64,000 nt of DNA from Opitutales bacterium (GTDB lineage Bacteria > Verrucomicrobiota > Verrucomicrobiia > Opitutales > UBA2987), in assembly GCA_965226205.1 (NCBI GenBank), contig CBDDCJ010000029.1, forward strand, positions 20,667 through 84,666, given 5' to 3'. Below are positions 50,991-61,510 of this stretch, piece after piece. Both the position numbers and the translations under genes were made by a program. The first letter of the stretch is position 1. Every line of letters starts with the position of its first letter. The notes under the pieces were generated by a model. That model did not search any database. It was not told the DNA's origin and saw only the letters and a list, made by a program, of their open reading frames with translations.

Positions 50991-53900
50991 GGGCAAGTCC
51001 GATCAAAAACTCCCTTCAGGCGGAGTTGATGCCGGGGGTTGTGGAGGCCGCCGTCCCAGCCATTTGTTCGCTCTTGATAAAACAAAAACTGGGGCCGGTC
51101 ACATTTATTTTGGCCAAAAACCAGAGCCAGTGCGAACATTGGAGCGAAGACCTGATTTTTTTTGATCGAATTTCCAAAAATCAGATTAACATTGAGACGC
51201 ATCTGCTGCCCGATCTTAGCGGCTGGTCAAGGGATGATCCGCACTATTTTAACCAGGAATGCGACCGGCTGGCCACCCTGACCCGTCTGAATGACTACCG
51301 CCTGTTAAAGGAAGCGGAGCATCCGTTGGTCATTCTGGCCACTCCGCGCGGATTGTTTCAACCGTTCCCGCACCGGAAAACCCTCGCGGCGCTGGAAATC
51401 CGCCTGCGGCCGGGCCTAGATTATCCTTTTGGAATGCTGGTGGAGAACCTGGAATCGAGTCTGCGCTACGATTGCGAGGCACTCTGTGAAACCCCTGGGC
51501 AATATGCGGTGCGCGGAGGATTGGTCGATGTTTATCCCGTCAATGCCGATCAACCCTACCGGATTGATTTTTTTGGCGATGAAATCGAGGAAATGCGGGC
51601 TTTTGATCCGACCACCCAGCTCTCTCTGGAAAGTGTTACCGAGGTGGTTGTGGCAGCCTTGCCCAAAGGGGTGCAACAGGAAAGGGAAAATCATTTTTTC
51701 GATTATTTGGGGGACGCCGTCCACTGGATACTATGGGAGCCGGCAGTCCTGGCAGAAGCGTTTCCGGTCTATTTTCCCGAAACGCAGTTGGCCGGGCCGT
51801 CCATTTCGGGATTTCCTCAACTGCGGGAAAGGCGCGAGGTATTTCCGGATCGCTGGACTGGGTTGACGGAAATCGATGCGACGAACCCGCTATTCGGGCC
51901 CGATTGTCCACGCAAACCCTGTTTGACGGATCCTTTGAGCAGCTACCGGACATTTATTCCAGAGGCGGATTTCGGGCTGGGAAGAGTCGAGGCCGAGCAG
52001 GAAGCGCGTTTGCAATTTCTGAAACAGGCGCTTGATTGGCAGCAGGAGGGATTCAACATCCTTTACGCGGCGATAAACGATGGCCGGGAAAAGCGTTTTC
52101 GCTCCATCCTTGAATCGGAACCGGAATTGGCCGGGTTGAAACCGCGATTTGTTCGTGGTGAAATCAGCGAAGGATTCCTCCTTTTCTTTCCCGAAGCTCA
52201 CGACACATTCGCGCCCCAAAGCGAGAAGACACCCGCAGGCAAAGGCATCGTTTTTTTAAGCGACACGGAAATATTCGGACGTTTCCGCAAACGCCCTGTG
52301 GGGTTGCGGCGCAGGCGTCTACCCCACCGCGCCCAGGTCGATCAAATGCTGAATTTTTCCGAATTGGCGGAAGGCGATCTGTTGGTCCATCTGCAACACG
52401 GCATATGCCAGTATGGCGGCCTCACCCAGTTGAACATAGAAGAAAAAGACAGGGAGGTCATTTCGCTCGAATTTGAAGACGGGATAATCCTGCATGTGCC
52501 TTTGCACGAATCGCACCTGCTCACGCGATATGTCGGGTTGACCAAGGCACGGCCGAGATTGGGCCGGCTGGGGGGCGCAGCCTGGAACCGAACCCGCCGG
52601 GCAGCGGAAAAAGCGACCCTCGATTACGCGGCCGAAATGCTCCATTTGCAGGCCCGGCGCGAAACCATAAAAGGGCATGCATTTCCCCCCGACAGTCAAT
52701 GGCAGCAAGAGTTCGAGGAATCATTCCCATTTCAGGAAACACCCGACCAGGCCAGCGCAATCGCCGAAACCAAGGCCGATATGGAGTTGGAGCAAACCAC
52801 GGACAGGCTCATCTGCGGCGATGTCGGTTACGGGAAAACGGAAGTCGCTTTAAGGGCCGCCTTCAAATCCGTCATGGACGGCAAACAGGTGGCCGTGCTG
52901 GTCCCCACAACGGTCCTGGCGCAGCAGCATTGGAACACTTTTCTGGAAAGAATGGCGGCCTATCCTATCAACATTGAGATGCTCAGCCGTTTTCGCACCA
53001 AAAAGCAGCAGGTCAAAATCCTCGATCAGTTGCAAAGTGGCAAAGTGGACATCCTCATCGGCACGCACCGTTTATTGAGTGGTGATGTAAGGTTCAAAGA
53101 TCTGGGCATACTGATTGTGGATGAGGAGCATCGCTTCGGCGTTAAACACAAGGAAAAGCTGAAACAACTGCGGGAAGATGTGAATGTGTTTTCCATGAGC
53201 GCGACCCCCATTCCGCGCACCTTGTACCTGGCTCTCATGGGAGCGAGAAAAATGAGCTTGATTGAAACGCCGCCCGTGGACCGTTTACCCATCCACACGA
53301 TAGTAAAAAACTACGATCCGAAAATGGTCAAAGAAGCCATCGAGTTTGAAGTCTCCCGGGGCGGACAGGTATTTTATTTGCACAACCGGGTCCAGACCAT
53401 TGATTCGGTGGCCCTCCGGCTGCAGGAGATGTTTCCCAAAATGAATATTGCGGTGGGCCATGGGCAGATGGCGGAAACCTTACTGGAAAGAATAATGACC
53501 CGGTTCGTGGCGGGCGAATTCGATATCCTGGTCTGCACCACCATCATAGAATCGGGGTTGGATATTCCCAACTGCAATACTATCATAATCGAGGGAGCGG
53601 ACCGTTTCGGATTGTCCCAGCTATACCAGTTGCGGGGCCGGGTGGGCAGGAGCAAACGCCAGGCCTACGCCTACCTGCTCTTGCACCGGCATTCCCGCCT
53701 CGTCGAGCAGGCCCGCAAAAGACTCAGCGCCATGCGCCAATACAATCGGCTGGGGGCGGGCTTCAAGATCGCCATGCGGGACCTCGAACTGCGGGGGGCG
53801 GGGAACCTCCTGGGCACACGCCAAAGCGGCCATATTGCGGGAGTCGGCTTCGAGCTTTACTGCCAATTGTTAAAGCAGAGCATTGCGCGTCTGAAGGGTG

Positions 53901-54412
53901 GAAAGGGGGCCGCCAATATCCGGGCCGTGATCCGCCTCGATTTTGTCACCTTGGGTGGCGGTTTCAAAACGGAAAACGAAGAGACGCCCATCGGTTTCGC
54001 CGTCCTCAAGGAGGAGAAATTGGCCCGCGAACGGATTGGTTTGCAGGCCGCGGGCATACCCCGCCATTATATCGGCGAAACGCAGTTGCGGATCGATCTT
54101 CACCGCCAGATGGCCTTGGCTGATTCCGTGAAAGCCGTCCGCAAAATCCGGGCGGCGCTGAAAGATCGGTTCGGCCCCTACCCAGCCGAAGTGGAAGCTC
54201 TGCTCCTCGTCACCGAAATCAGGTGTCTGGCAGAAGCCAAAAACATTGTCCAGGTATCGAGCGAGGGAAATCGGCTCAAATGCTTGAAAGCCAGCGGCCT
54301 ATCCAACGATTACCTGAAACATGGCAATCGTTTTCCCCGACTGGCCCGGCGAACCCCGCTCCCCCGTCTGAAGGAAGTGCGCGATTTTCTAAAAAAAGTT
54401 AAAGCCGATTAA
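50987..54412 (+). CDS. mfd: Transcription-repair coupling factor
   Basis: About 1140 aa with the helicase motifs GDVGYGKTEVA and DEEHRFG, a TRG-type region and a UvrB-homology N-terminus. The ATG at 50987 overlaps the rnc stop (ATGA). Confidence 0.9.
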   Translation: MRASPIKNSLQAELMPGVVEAAVPAICSLLIKQKLGPVTFILAKNQSQCEHWSEDLIFFDRISKNQINIETHLLPDLSGWSRDDPHYFNQECDRLATLTRLNDYRLLKEAEHPLVILATPRGLFQPFPHRKTLAALEIRLRPGLDYPFGMLVENLESSLRYDCEALCETPGQYAVRGGLVDVYPVNADQPYRIDFFGDEIEEMRAFDPTTQLSLESVTEVVVAALPKGVQQERENHFFDYLGDAVHWILWEPAVLAEAFPVYFPETQLAGPSISGFPQLRERREVFPDRWTGLTEIDATNPLFGPDCPRKPCLTDPLSSYRTFIPEADFGLGRVEAEQEARLQFLKQALDWQQEGFNILYAAINDGREKRFRSILESEPELAGLKPRFVRGEISEGFLLFFPEAHDTFAPQSEKTPAGKGIVFLSDTEIFGRFRKRPVGLRRRRLPHRAQVDQMLNFSELAEGDLLVHLQHGICQYGGLTQLNIEEKDREVISLEFEDGIILHVPLHESHLLTRYVGLTKARPRLGRLGGAAWNRTRRAAEKATLDYAAEMLHLQARRETIKGHAFPPDSQWQQEFEESFPFQETPDQASAIAETKADMELEQTTDRLICGDVGYGKTEVALRAAFKSVMDGKQVAVLVPTTVLAQQHWNTFLERMAAYPINIEMLSRFRTKKQQVKILDQLQSGKVDILIGTHRLLSGDVRFKDLGILIVDEEHRFGVKHKEKLKQLREDVNVFSMSATPIPRTLYLALMGARKMSLIETPPVDRLPIHTIVKNYDPKMVKEAIEFEVSRGGQVFYLHNRVQTIDSVALRLQEMFPKMNIAVGHGQMAETLLERIMTRFVAGEFDILVCTTIIESGLDIPNCNTIIIEGADRFGLSQLYQLRGRVGRSKRQAYAYLLLHRHSRLVEQARKRLSAMRQYNRLGAGFKIAMRDLELRGAGNLLGTRQSGHIAGVGFELYCQLLKQSIARLKGGKGAANIRAVIRLDFVTLGGGFKTENEETPIGFAVLKEEKLARERIGLQAAGIPRHYIGETQLRIDLHRQMALADSVKAVRKIRAALKDRFGPYPAEVEALLLVTEIRCLAEAKNIVQVSSEGNRLKCLKASGLSNDYLKHGNRFPRLARRTPLPRLKEVRDFLKKVKAD

Positions 54413-54451
54413 ACCAAGAAAATGAGGTTGCATGATGCTCCCATTTTTTAA

Positions 54452-54480
54452 CCACAGATTACACGGATATACACAGATAA
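54452..54480. repeat. Single arm of the phased-heptamer repeat family
   Basis: CCACAGATTACACGGATATACACAGATAA, with three units at 10-bp spacing, just downstream of mfd. Confidence 0.55.
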
Positions 54481-54572
54481 TTTGTTCAATATTATCAGGG
54501 CTTGATAGGTTTTTTTTACCCGAGTTTAACTGCGAAAGTAGGGGTTTTATGAGATATTGGAATTTAATTTCA

Positions 54573-56685
54573 CCTTAACAGGCTGTTGAAAAAGACTGGC
54601 TTACTTAGTGGAAGAAACTAAAGTGTCAGGATGCGTGGTAAGATAAATAAACAAACGGATATGCTGGCCTTGATCAACCTGGAAGATCGCATCCCAGCGA
54701 AGCACCCGATCCGCCGCATTAAGGCGATGGTGGACGAAGTGCTCAGGGGGATGAGCGGTACCTTCGATGAGATGTATGAGTCACAGGGACGCGCCTCGAT
54801 ACCGCCGGAGCGTCTGCTCAAAGCGAAGGTACTGATGGCGCTCTATACGGTGCGCAGCGAACGGCAGTTGTGCGAACGGTTGCGCTACGACCTGCTCTTC
54901 CAGTGGTTTCTGCAGATGAACCCATGCGAGTCCGTTTTCGACCATTCGGTCTTCTCCAAAAACATGACTCGATTGCTCGAACACGGCACCTCTGAAATCT
55001 TCTTCGCCGAGGTCGTCGAGTTGGCGCGCCGACACGACTGGGTAAGCAACGAACACTTCAGCGTGGACGTCGATGAAAAGCTTTCGTCCGAAAGAAGAGA
55101 CTGAGGACGGCACCGATCAGCCCGAGGGCAACGGCTGGCAAGATTACAAAGGACAAAAACGCAGTAACCAAACACACGCCAGTCGCACCGACTCGGAGGC
55201 TCACCTGCTCAAAAAAGGCAAAGGCAAGGAAGCCAAACTGTGCTTCAACGCGCACGCGGTAATGGAAAACCGCAACGGACTGTGCGTGCTCATGGACGTG
55301 ACCGCCTCGGTCGGCAGAACCGAAGCGCAACAAGCCAGCGACCAACTGGACGAACTGTGCATGCGCGGATTCGAGCCACGCACTGTCGGAGCCGATGCCG
55401 GCTACCACACCAAAGCCTTTGTGCGGGAGTGCCGAGACCGTGAGATCGAACCTCACGTGGCCCCCCACGGCGGACGTAAAACACGGTAGTGTATAAAAAA
55501 AGAATGTTATTTTGTATTTTTAGCTGTACAGATAGCGTTAGGCAGTTTATTCTTAGTGCATGGTTACTAAAATTATTAATTGTCGGCACTGTGGAAGTGA
55601 AAATATCATTAAATTTGGCAAGACGCCCAACCATAAACAGCGCTACCGCTGCCATGATTGTGGTAAACAAAGCCGCGAAAACCCCACAGTGAAATACACC
55701 GAAGAGCAAAAAGAAATGATCCTTCGAGTCTATCAGGAACGCAGCAGTCTACGCGGTTTACAGCGCGCCTTCGGGGTGAGTCCCAACACCGTTTTGAGTT
55801 GGTTAAAAAAAACGACAATCGCTGCGACCGCTCAAAAGCACGATTCTTGCGGCCCGCCGCCATGATGTCATTGAACTGGACGAACTGTGGTCTTTTGTGG
55901 GACGCAAGAGCGATGCCCAATGGGTTTGGATCGCTCTTTGCCGACGCACCCGTCAAATCCTCTCCTATGCCATTGGGCCTCGGGATTGGTATCGTTGCCG
56001 GGAACTTTACGAGCGTCTGCCACGGGCCTACAAAAGATGTGCCACCTACAGCGACTTTTGGTCCACTTATGATGAAGTCTTTCCTCATAACCGATCCGTG
56101 GGAAAAGAAACCGGTGAAACGGCCCATGTGGAACGATGGAACAATACCCTGCGCCAACGACTGGGTCGTTTCACACGCAAAACCCTCTCCTTTTCCAAGC
56201 TTAAGAGTATGCATGAAACCTGTCTGAGACTTTTCATTCATCAATATAATCAAGAATTAGCCACCATTCCTACTTAATACACTACCTAAAACACCTGGTC
56301 TGGACGGCAGGCACCGCCGTGGCCAACGCTACCGTGCCAGCCAAAAAGTGCGCAAGCGGATCGAAGAAATCTTCGGCTGGGTAAAGACCACCGGAGGCTT
56401 CCGCAAAAGCCGCTACCGGGGCGTGGCCCGCACCCATCTGAGCGCCCACTTCGTCACCGCCGCATGCAACCTTGTGCGAATGGCCAAACTGGCCGAACAG
56501 CCACCACCCATGTTAGCCGGGGCCTAACGGCCCCAAGGCCCCGCTATGCCCCGAGGGGTAATACGGGGCCAGAAATCAACACCAAATCCTTAAAAACGCC
56601 TTATAATGAACCGCAAACATACCTTCTCGGGCCTGTCACGACCTGTCGATAGCTCAATAGTGCGTTTTTCAACAACCTGTTAAGG
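54573..56685 (+). mobile_element. IS5-family element (defective) carrying a nested IS1-family copy; TSD TTCA
   Basis: The IRs are CCTTAACAGGCTGTTGAAAAAG (54573..) and the reverse complement of GTTTTTCAACAACCTGTTAAGG (..56685), matching 20/22. TTCA is at 54569-54572 and 56686-56689. The transposase is in three pieces. Piece one is 54631..55104 (..LCERLRYDLLFQWF..HFSVD). Piece two is 55073..55489, reached after a roughly 22-nt deletion and frameshift (MKSFRPKE..). The C-terminus at 56287..56527 (..RKRIEEIFGWVKTTGGFRKSRYRG..) lies beyond the IS1 insertion. Confidence 0.85.
55485..56286 (+). mobile_element. IS1-family copy C1 (802 bp), nested in the IS5-family element, TSD TAAAACAC
   Basis: The ends are GGTAGTGTATAAAA and TTAATACACTACC. 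insA is at 55560..55865 (zinc finger CRHCGS..CHDCG plus HTH). The insB frame is from about 55810 to 56277 (DELWSFVGRKSDAQWVWIAL..SDFW..HVERWNNTLRQRLGRFTRKTLSFSK). There is an A8 run at 55805-55812. Confidence 0.9.
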
Positions 56686-56746
56686 TTCAAGCCCCCCCCA
56701 TTAGAACCCTTTCGGTTATAACGAAGTGAATCCAATTGCATCAGGA

Positions 56747-57548
56747 GGTAGTGTATAAAAAAAGAATGTTATTTTGTATTTTTAGCTGTACAAATAGCGT
56801 TAGGCAGTTTATTCTTAGTGCATGGTTACTAAAATTATTAATTGTCGGCACTGTGGAAGTGAAAATATCATTAAATTTGGCAAGACGCCCAACCATAAAC
56901 AGCGCTACCGCTGCCATGATTGTGGTAAACAAAGCCGCGAAAACCCCACAGTGAAATACACCGAAGAGCAAAAAGAAATGATCCTTCGAGTCTATCAGGA
57001 ACGCAGCAGTCTACGCGGTTTACAGCGCGCCTTCGGGGTGAGTCCCAACACCGTTTTGAGTTGGTTAAAAAAAACGACAATCGCTGCGACCGCTCAAAAG
57101 CACGATTCTTGCGGCCCGCCGCCATGATGTCATTGAACTGGACGAACTGTGGTCTTTTGTGGGACGCAAGAGCGATGCCCAATGGGTTTGGATCGCTCTT
57201 TGCCGACGCACCCGTCAAATCCTCTCCTATGCCATTGGGCCTCGGGATTGGTATCGTTGCCGGGAACTTTACGAGCGCCTGCCACGGGCCTACAAAAGAT
57301 GTGCCACCTACAGCGACTTTTGGTCCACTTATGATGAAGTCTTTCCTCATAACCGATCCGTGGGAAAAGAAACCGGTGAAACGGCCCATGTGGAACGATG
57401 GAACAATACCCTGCGCCAACGACTGGGTCGTTTCACACGCAAAACCCTCTCCTTTTCCAAGCTTAAGAGTATGCATGAAACCTGTCTGAGACTTTTCATT
57501 CATCAATATAATCAAGAATTAGCCACCATTCCTACTTAATACACTACC
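56747..57548 (+). mobile_element. IS1-family copy C2 (802 bp), TSD CATCAGGA
   Basis: The 8-bp repeat is at 56739-56746 and 57549-57556. insA is at 56822..57127 and insB at ..57539. It has an A8 run. Confidence 0.9.
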
Positions 57549-57887
57549 CATCAGGACTTGTTCAATGTTTTCAGGATTGACAAAATATATTCTGTGCTTT
57601 TCCCCATTTAATTTTTTCAATCGTGAAAATACTTTTTTTTCCTCTTTTGTATTAGGAGTTCTCATATCTGTTATTATAAAAACCGATCTGTTAGGATGTT
57701 TTTCTATTAACTGTTCCTGCTTTTTCCGCAATCTAGAAAGAAGGTATTTTGGAACTTTACCAACCGGCCTATTACCGATTTTTCGTTTATCGATAACTAT
57801 TAATATAAAATCAGCAGTCTCATTTATTGTAGCAAATTTCATTTGGGTTTCAGTCGAATCACGAACGCAAAACTCAATCTCATCGTC

Positions 57888-58689
57888 GGTAGTGTATTAA
57901 GTAGGAATGGTGGCTAATTCTTGATTATATTGATGAATGAAAAGTCTCAGACAGGTTTCATGCATACTCTTAAGCTTGGAAAAGGAGAGGGTTTTGCGTG
58001 TGAAACGACCCAGTCGTTGGCGCAGGGTATTGTTCCATCGTTCCACATGGGCCGTTTCACCGGTTTCTTTTCCCACGGATCGGTTATGAGGAAAGACTTC
58101 ATCATAAGTGGACCAAAAGTCGCTGTAGGTGGCACATCTTTTGTAGGCCCGTGGCAGGCGCTCGTAAAGTTCCCGACAACGATACCAATCCCGAGGCCCA
58201 ATGGCATAGGAGAGGATTTGACGGGTGCGTCGGCAAAGAGCGATCCAAACCCATTGGGCATCGCTCTTGCGCCCCACAAAAGACCACAGTTCGTCCAGTT
58301 CAATGACATCATGACGGCGGGCCGCAAGAATCGTGCTTTTGAGCGGTCGCAGCGATTGTCGTTTTTTTTAACCAACTCAAAACGGTGTTGGGACTCACCC
58401 CGAAGGCGCGCTGTAAACCGCGTAGACTGCTGCGTTCCTGATAGACTCGAAGGATCATTTCTTTTTGCTCTTCGGTGTATTTCACTGTGGGGTTTTCGCG
58501 GCTTTGTTTACCACAATCATGGCAGCGGTAGCGCTGTTTATGGTTGGGCGTCTTGCCAAATTTAATGATATTTTCACTTCCACAGTGCCGACAATTAATA
58601 ATTTTAGTAACCATGCACTAAGAATAAACTGCCTAACGCTATTTGTACAGCTAAAAATACAAAATAACATTCTTTTTTTATACACTACC
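57888..58689 (-). mobile_element. IS1-family copy C3 (802 bp, inverted), TSD TCATCGTC
   Basis: The 8-bp repeat is at 57880-57887 and 58690-58697. insA is at 58309..58614 (minus) and insB at 57897.. (minus). It has a T8 run on the plus strand. Confidence 0.9.
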
Positions 58690-59493
58690 TCATCGTCTTC
58701 TTTACCACTAACCACAAAATGCCAAGACATTATAGCGACGTTTGGTTTTCTTTGTTCACCTTTTAGGTATTAACCTATTCTATCTACGTTAATTATTGCG
58801 CCTGTTGTATGATCGGGCTGGCCTCCTATAAGCGTCGGTTTTGCGATTCCGTGAGCATCCATTTGCAGCCACTGGGCAACAAACAAGTTATTAGTGATTA
58901 TTTCTTGAGCATTTAATACTAGACGTGATTTAGGATATTGAAGACAGCGAAAGGTTGTAGAGCCGGCATCTACAAGAAGTTGAGGACGGGGGATTATATC
59001 CAAAATTAATTTTGAAATTCTTGCTGTTATATGAGCTAGCTCTTCATACCTGTTGTTCACAAGTCTTTCATACATACTTGCATATGAAAACCAATGAACG
59101 CCTGGAATTACGTTTATGATCTCTTCATTATTATCTGCCCATCCTAAACCTAGCCAAGGATAAGTTTTAATAAATTCATCTATTCTTTCGTGTATATCTT
59201 CGATTGTCAGATATTGCTTTAATTTCTCTAATTCATCTCGGTTCCCAAACCCCATATCTTTTAATGTCTGTATTAAATTCTCCATGTGGAATTTTATTAC
59301 CAAGAGATGTGTATCAATTACTAGGCGTTGACGTTCATCGCCATTGATCGCCTGCACCAATACACCCAATAGAAGAATTTCGACAATTTTTTTTCTACTT
59401 TTTTCTTGCTTGTTCATAGGAATAAAAGTAAGGCTAACTGAGAGCCCATAATATGGTGGTCCTTTGAGAAAAAGGTTTTACCTTCGAATTTTT

Positions 59494-60313
59494 GGTAGTG
59501 TATAAAAAAAGAATGTTATTTTGTATTTTTAGCTGTACAAATAGCGTTAGGCAGTTTATTCTTAGTGCATGGTTACTAAAATTATTAATTGTCGGCACTG
59601 TGGAAGTGAAAATATCATTAAATTTGGCAAGACGCCCAACCATAAACAGCGCTACCGCTGCCATGATTGTGGTAAACAAAGCCGCGAAAACCCCACAGTG
59701 AAATACACCGAAGAGCAAAAAGAAATGATCCTTCGAGTCTATCAGGAACGCAGCAGTCTACGCGGTTTACAGCGCGCCTTCGGGGTGAGTCCCAACACCG
59801 TTTTGAGTTGGTTAAAAAAACGACAATCGCTGCGACCGCTCAAAAGCACGATTCTTGCGGCCCGCCGCCATGATGTCATTGAACTGGACGAACTGTGGTC
59901 TTTTGTGGGACGCAAGAGCGATGCCCAATGGGTTTGGATCGCTCTTTGCCGACGCACCCGTCAAATCCTCTCCTATGCCATTGGGCCTCGGGATTGGTAT
60001 CGTTGCCGGGAACTTTACGAGCGTCTGCCACGGGCCTACAAAAGATGTGCCACCTACAGCGACTTTTGGTCCACTTATGATGAAGTCTTTCCTCATAACC
60101 GATCCGTGGGAAAAGAAACCGGTGAAACGGCCCGAAACCGGTGAAACGGCCCATGTGGAACGATGGAACAATACCCTGCGCCAACGACTGGGTCGTTTCA
60201 CACGCAAAACCCTCTCCTTTTCCAAGCTTAAGAGTATGCATGAAACCTGTCTGAGACTTTTCATTCATCAATATAATCAAGAATTAGCCACCATTCCTAC
60301 TTAATACACTACC
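59494..60313 (+). mobile_element. IS1-family copy C4 (820 bp): A7 run fuses insA-insB in frame, 19-bp tandem duplication then truncates it; TSD CGAATTTTT
   Basis: The 9-bp repeat is at 59485-59493 and 60314-60322. ORF 59569..60144 reads ..SWLKKRQSLRPLKSTILAARRHDVIELDELWSFVG.. without a shift. GAAACCGGTGAAACGGCCC is duplicated at 60115-60152, which creates a TGA. Confidence 0.9.
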
Positions 60314-60346
60314 CGAATTTTTAAAGATTGAACTGTTTTCTGCACG

Positions 60347-61006
60347 TCATACGTCGCAATCTGGTATAGAAAATGCCCGATCGAATGTTCGGCAGATAAG
60401 CTTGCCATTATGACCGGTATAGGACAAAGGCATTTCTTTTAAAATTCCGAAAGAATCCTGATACATTTCCTGGAATGAAACCAAGTAATCCTCCGGCGGT
60501 TGACTTGAAATCAGCTGGATACCACAATCTAATGTAATATAAGTTGCTGTAGCTTTAAGCCTAACTATAATTTCTTCATTCGTCGTCATCGTATTTATAG
60601 TACCGGTAGGCTCCAAGAAGTCCGAGAATGGTCTAACGTAAACTGGTTGTCCTTTGACGAAAACTGGACAGTTTCTAATCCGGGTTTTCTTTTTTTTTAG
60701 CACGTAAATCCATAGGCCTTTAACAGCAGGCGAAACGCTGGAGTTGGCGAAATTTTCAATGCATCCGATTATTTGATCTGGTAGTGAACGGATCCTCTCG
60801 GGTAAATACACAATCATGACTTGATCATGATACGAGATATTTTTTACCCGACCCGCTGACAGATTTTTGAAAAATTCGAAAACAAAACGACGTGACGTCT
60901 CCCCTCCATTCAAGCATTCGTCGACGGTATTCGTAAACCAATCCGCCCGTTCGGGACCGTCCTCAGATTTCGGGAGTGTAAAATATTCATTAATATCGTT
61001 AGCCAT
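60347..61006 (-). CDS. Hypothetical protein (219 aa), first gene of the AT-rich cassette
   Basis: Intact ORF MANDINEYFTLPKSEDGPERADWF... I recognise no motif. It is on the same strand as, and about 100 bp (IS removed) upstream of, the DeoRC-like gene. Confidence 0.55.
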   Translation of the reverse strand: MANDINEYFTLPKSEDGPERADWFTNTVDECLNGGETSRRFVFEFFKNLSAGRVKNISYHDQVMIVYLPERIRSLPDQIIGCIENFANSSVSPAVKGLWIYVLKKKKTRIRNCPVFVKGQPVYVRPFSDFLEPTGTINTMTTNEEIIVRLKATATYITLDCGIQLISSQPPEDYLVSFQEMYQDSFGILKEMPLSYTGHNGKLICRTFDRAFSIPDCDV

Positions 61007-61276
61007 GGACTTCCTTTCTAAAAATGCCGTTGATCACAACAAGAAATGGCATTAAAAAAAATTATTCAGCACTGATTTTTAAGAAAAAAATTCACTAAAT
61101 AAACACGAGTTTTAAAGACATATGCAAGGAAAAAGGAAAGTAAACCGTTTTTTTACATTTTGTGAGTGGTTTAACGTGAGATAAAGCTTTCCAAAGTAGA
61201 AAATAACAACGATGGAATCCAAAAGGGAAAGATGACATGAGGTTTTCAGGAGTCATTTCTTTGCAATAGATCTCCC

Positions 61277-61310
61277 CTAATCGGTATTGAAAACTAATCG
61301 GTATTGAAAA
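61277..61310. repeat. Perfect tandem 17-mer x2 (CTAATCGGTATTGAAAA)
   Basis: The units are at 61277-61293 and 61294-61310, about 270 bp upstream of the cassette start at 61006. Confidence 0.8.
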
Positions 61311-61510
61311 AAGAGCACCCCCGTACCACCAATAAGGACTAACAGGGTCATGCTTGAATCTTGAGGGAGTAAATGAAATCAAGAGGAGAGGTAAAGGGGT
61401 ACTTTCGTTGATTCAGATGGCATAAATGAAGTTGCAATAATGTATCTCACGGAGAGGGAATGCCGCCAAAAGGTTTAAAAGTGACAAAACTAATCTTTTC
61501 CGAATGATTC

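Larger units (their letters stand above)
56686..59417 (-). pseudogene. Uncharacterised protein with a DeoR-C-terminal-like (sugar-phosphate sensor fold) domain; in-frame TAA and three IS hits
   Basis: ORF 58770..59417 (215 aa) ends ..LLVDAGSTTFRCL..IITNNLFVAQWL..LIGGQPDHTTGAIINVDRIG-TAA. The same frame continues YLKGEQRKPNVAIMSWHFVVSGKEDDE | (IS1 C3) | IEFCVRDSTETQMKFATINETADFILIVIDKRKIG..SVFIITD..NIEQVLM | (IS1 C2) | QLDSLRYNRKGSNGGGLE | (IS5-family element). I did the reconstruction by removing each IS plus one TSD copy. Confidence 0.6.

Noticed and set aside
61095-61382. 95-aa minus-strand ORF in the non-coding region upstream of the cassette
   Set aside because: It overlaps the tandem 17-mer and is an AT-rich, low-complexity translation with no motif. 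It is probably not coding.
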